From Eledone cirrhosa (Eukaryota): DNA of 22,256 nt. The notes under the pieces are model-generated. The model was not told the DNA's origin, did no database searches, and saw only the letters and a list, made by a program, of their open reading frames with translations. Position numbers and translations under genes: made by a program. Below, one piece after another: positions 20,701 to 22,256 of this stretch (positions within the stretch are counted from its first letter, which is position 1; every line of letters begins with the position of its first letter). The stretch spans positions 1-22,256 of the forward strand of contig CAXHJY010000507.1 in NCBI GenBank assembly GCA_964016885.1, written 5' to 3'.

Positions 20701-21306
20701 CGTCTGAGCCAAGTTGACTTTGTGGCGTTCAAATGAGCCTGTCTGCCTTTCTTAGATGAGGTAGCCAAGCTTCTCGGAATAATGTGGCTATGTCGTCTGA
20801 GCCAAGTTGTCTTTGTGGCGTTCAAATGAAACTGTCTGCCTTTCTTAGATGAGGTAGCCAAGCTTCTCGGAATAATGTGGCTATGTCGTCTGAGCCACTT
20901 GTCTTTGTGGCGTTCAAATGAAACTGTCTGCCTTTCTTAGATGAGGTAGCCAAGATTCTCGGAATAATGTGGCTATGTCGTCTGAGCCAAGTTGTCTTTG
21001 TGGCGTTCAAATGAAACTGTCTGCCTTTCTTAGATGAAGTAGCCAAGCTTCTCGGAATAATGTGACTATGTCGTCTGAGCCACTTGTCTTTGTGGCGTTC
21101 AAATGAAACTGTCTGCCTTTCTTAGATGAGGTAGCCAAGCTTCTCGGAATAATGAGACTATGTCGTCTGAGCCACTTGTCTTTGTGGCGTTCAAATGAAA
21201 CTGTCTGCCTTTCTTAGATGAGGTAGCCAAGATTCTCGGAATAATGTGACTATGTCGTCTGAGCCAAGTTGTCTTTGTGGCGTTCAAATGAAACTGTCTG
21301 TCTTTC
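17776..21306. repeat. 93-bp (92-bp variant) satellite x~38 with a HindIII site in most units
   Basis: Unit TCTTAGATGAGGTAGCCAAGCTTCTCGGAATAATGTGGCTATGTCGTCTGAGCCAAGTTGTCTTTGTGGCGTTCAAATGAAACTGTCTGCCTT; 31-aa periodicity in the spurious ORFs. Confidence 0.98.
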
Positions 21307-21388
21307 CGACAATGGCGGTGGGTGCTTTCTGGATGGAGAGGAAGGGGTCAAGAGGAAGATACTCATGAATTGTTTAACTACACCAACT

Positions 21389-21550
21389 ATGGTGATGGTG
21401 GTGGTGGTGGTGTTGGTTGTAATGGTGGTGGTTGTGGTGGTTGTGGTGGTGGTGGTGGTGGTGGTGGTGGTGGTGGTTGTGGTGGTGATAATGTTGCTGT
21501 TTGTGGTGACAGAGGTGGTGAGGTGGTGATGAAAGTGTTGTTGGTGGTGA
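21389..21550. repeat. (GGT)n microsatellite, imperfect
   Basis: Directly visible. Confidence 0.95.
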
Positions 21551-21619
21551 AGTAGTAAAGACAAAGTGACAATGTGTTATTGAAGGATGAAAAGACTTTA
21601 ACTCTTTAAATCTACGACT

Positions 21620-22256
21620 GAGCAGCAGTAGCAGCAGCAACGACGACAGCAGCAGTAGCAGCAGTAGCAACGACGACAGCAGCAGTAGCAGTAGCAACGA
21701 CGACAGCAGTAGTAGCAGTAGCAACGACGACAGCAGCAGTAGCAGCAGTAGCAGCAACAACAGCAGCACCAGCAGTAGCAGCAACAAAGACAACAACAAC
21801 AGTAGCAGCAGTAGCAGCAGTAGCAGCAACAACGACAACAACAACAGTAGCAGTAGCAACAACAACAGCAGCAGCAGTAGCAGCAACAAAAGCAACAACA
21901 ACAACAACAGCAGCAGAAGCAGTAGCAGCAACAACAGCAACAACAACAACAACAGCAGCAGCAGTAGCAGCAACAAAGACAACAACAACAACAGCAGCAG
22001 CAGTAGCAGCAGCAGTAGCAGCAACAACAGCAACAACAACAACGACAACAACAGCAGTAGCAGCAACAAAGACAACAACAACAGCAGCAGCAGTATCAGC
22101 AACAACGACAACAACAACAACAACAGCAGCAGCAACAGTTGCAGTAGCAGTAGCAGCAACAAAGACAACAGCAACAGCAGCAGCAACGACGACGACAATG
22201 ACAACAACAACAGTAGCAGCAACAACAACAACAACAACAACAACAACGACAACAAC
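21620..22256. repeat. Mixed (CAG/CAA/TAG/CGA)n trinucleotide repeat running to the window end
   Basis: Directly visible; in-frame TAG stops interrupt the poly-Q frame. Confidence 0.95.

Noticed and set aside
17776-21306. Hammerhead ribozyme in the 93-bp satellite (GAAACTGTC, TAGATGAG, GTAGCCA/TGGCTAT stem) and the 31-aa repeat ORFs
   Set aside because: No CTGANGA box on either strand, and GAAA is not adjacent to the stem. The ORFs are repeatedly frameshifted by 92-bp units.
21620-22256. Poly-Gln or poly-Leu coding region
   Set aside because: Many in-frame TAG stops in the Gln frame; the poly-Leu antisense ORF is a repeat artefact.

Overview
Gene-free, repeat-dominated AT-rich animal DNA. 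It is most likely octopus/cephalopod, inferred from SINE sequences I recall rather than from a search. None of the ORFs in the supplied track is a credible intact gene; nearly all come from microsatellites or satellite units. The window contains: (i) tandem arrays with 47, 166, ~160/571, 118, 89-90, 108 and 93 bp units; (ii) decayed retroelement coding fragments: an RTE-like LINE C-terminus (+, ~1374-2160), a Penelope-like GIY-YIG endonuclease (-, 8262-8547) and an Ingi/Vingi-like LINE C-terminus (-, ~14385-14915); (iii) tRNA-derived SINEs, a Helitron-like 3' end, and a hAT MITE with a perfect 8-bp TSD that encloses a satellite; (iv) a zone (~6.2-14.1 kb) of short islands between (TA)n tracts. 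These islands carry minimal hammerhead-ribozyme (HHR) motifs, a shared GTACTCAATAC motif and long fold-back palindromes (arms of 49-191 bp). The zone is the most interesting signal. It fits Penelope-like/retrozyme biology, a known class, so I do not claim a proven new system.
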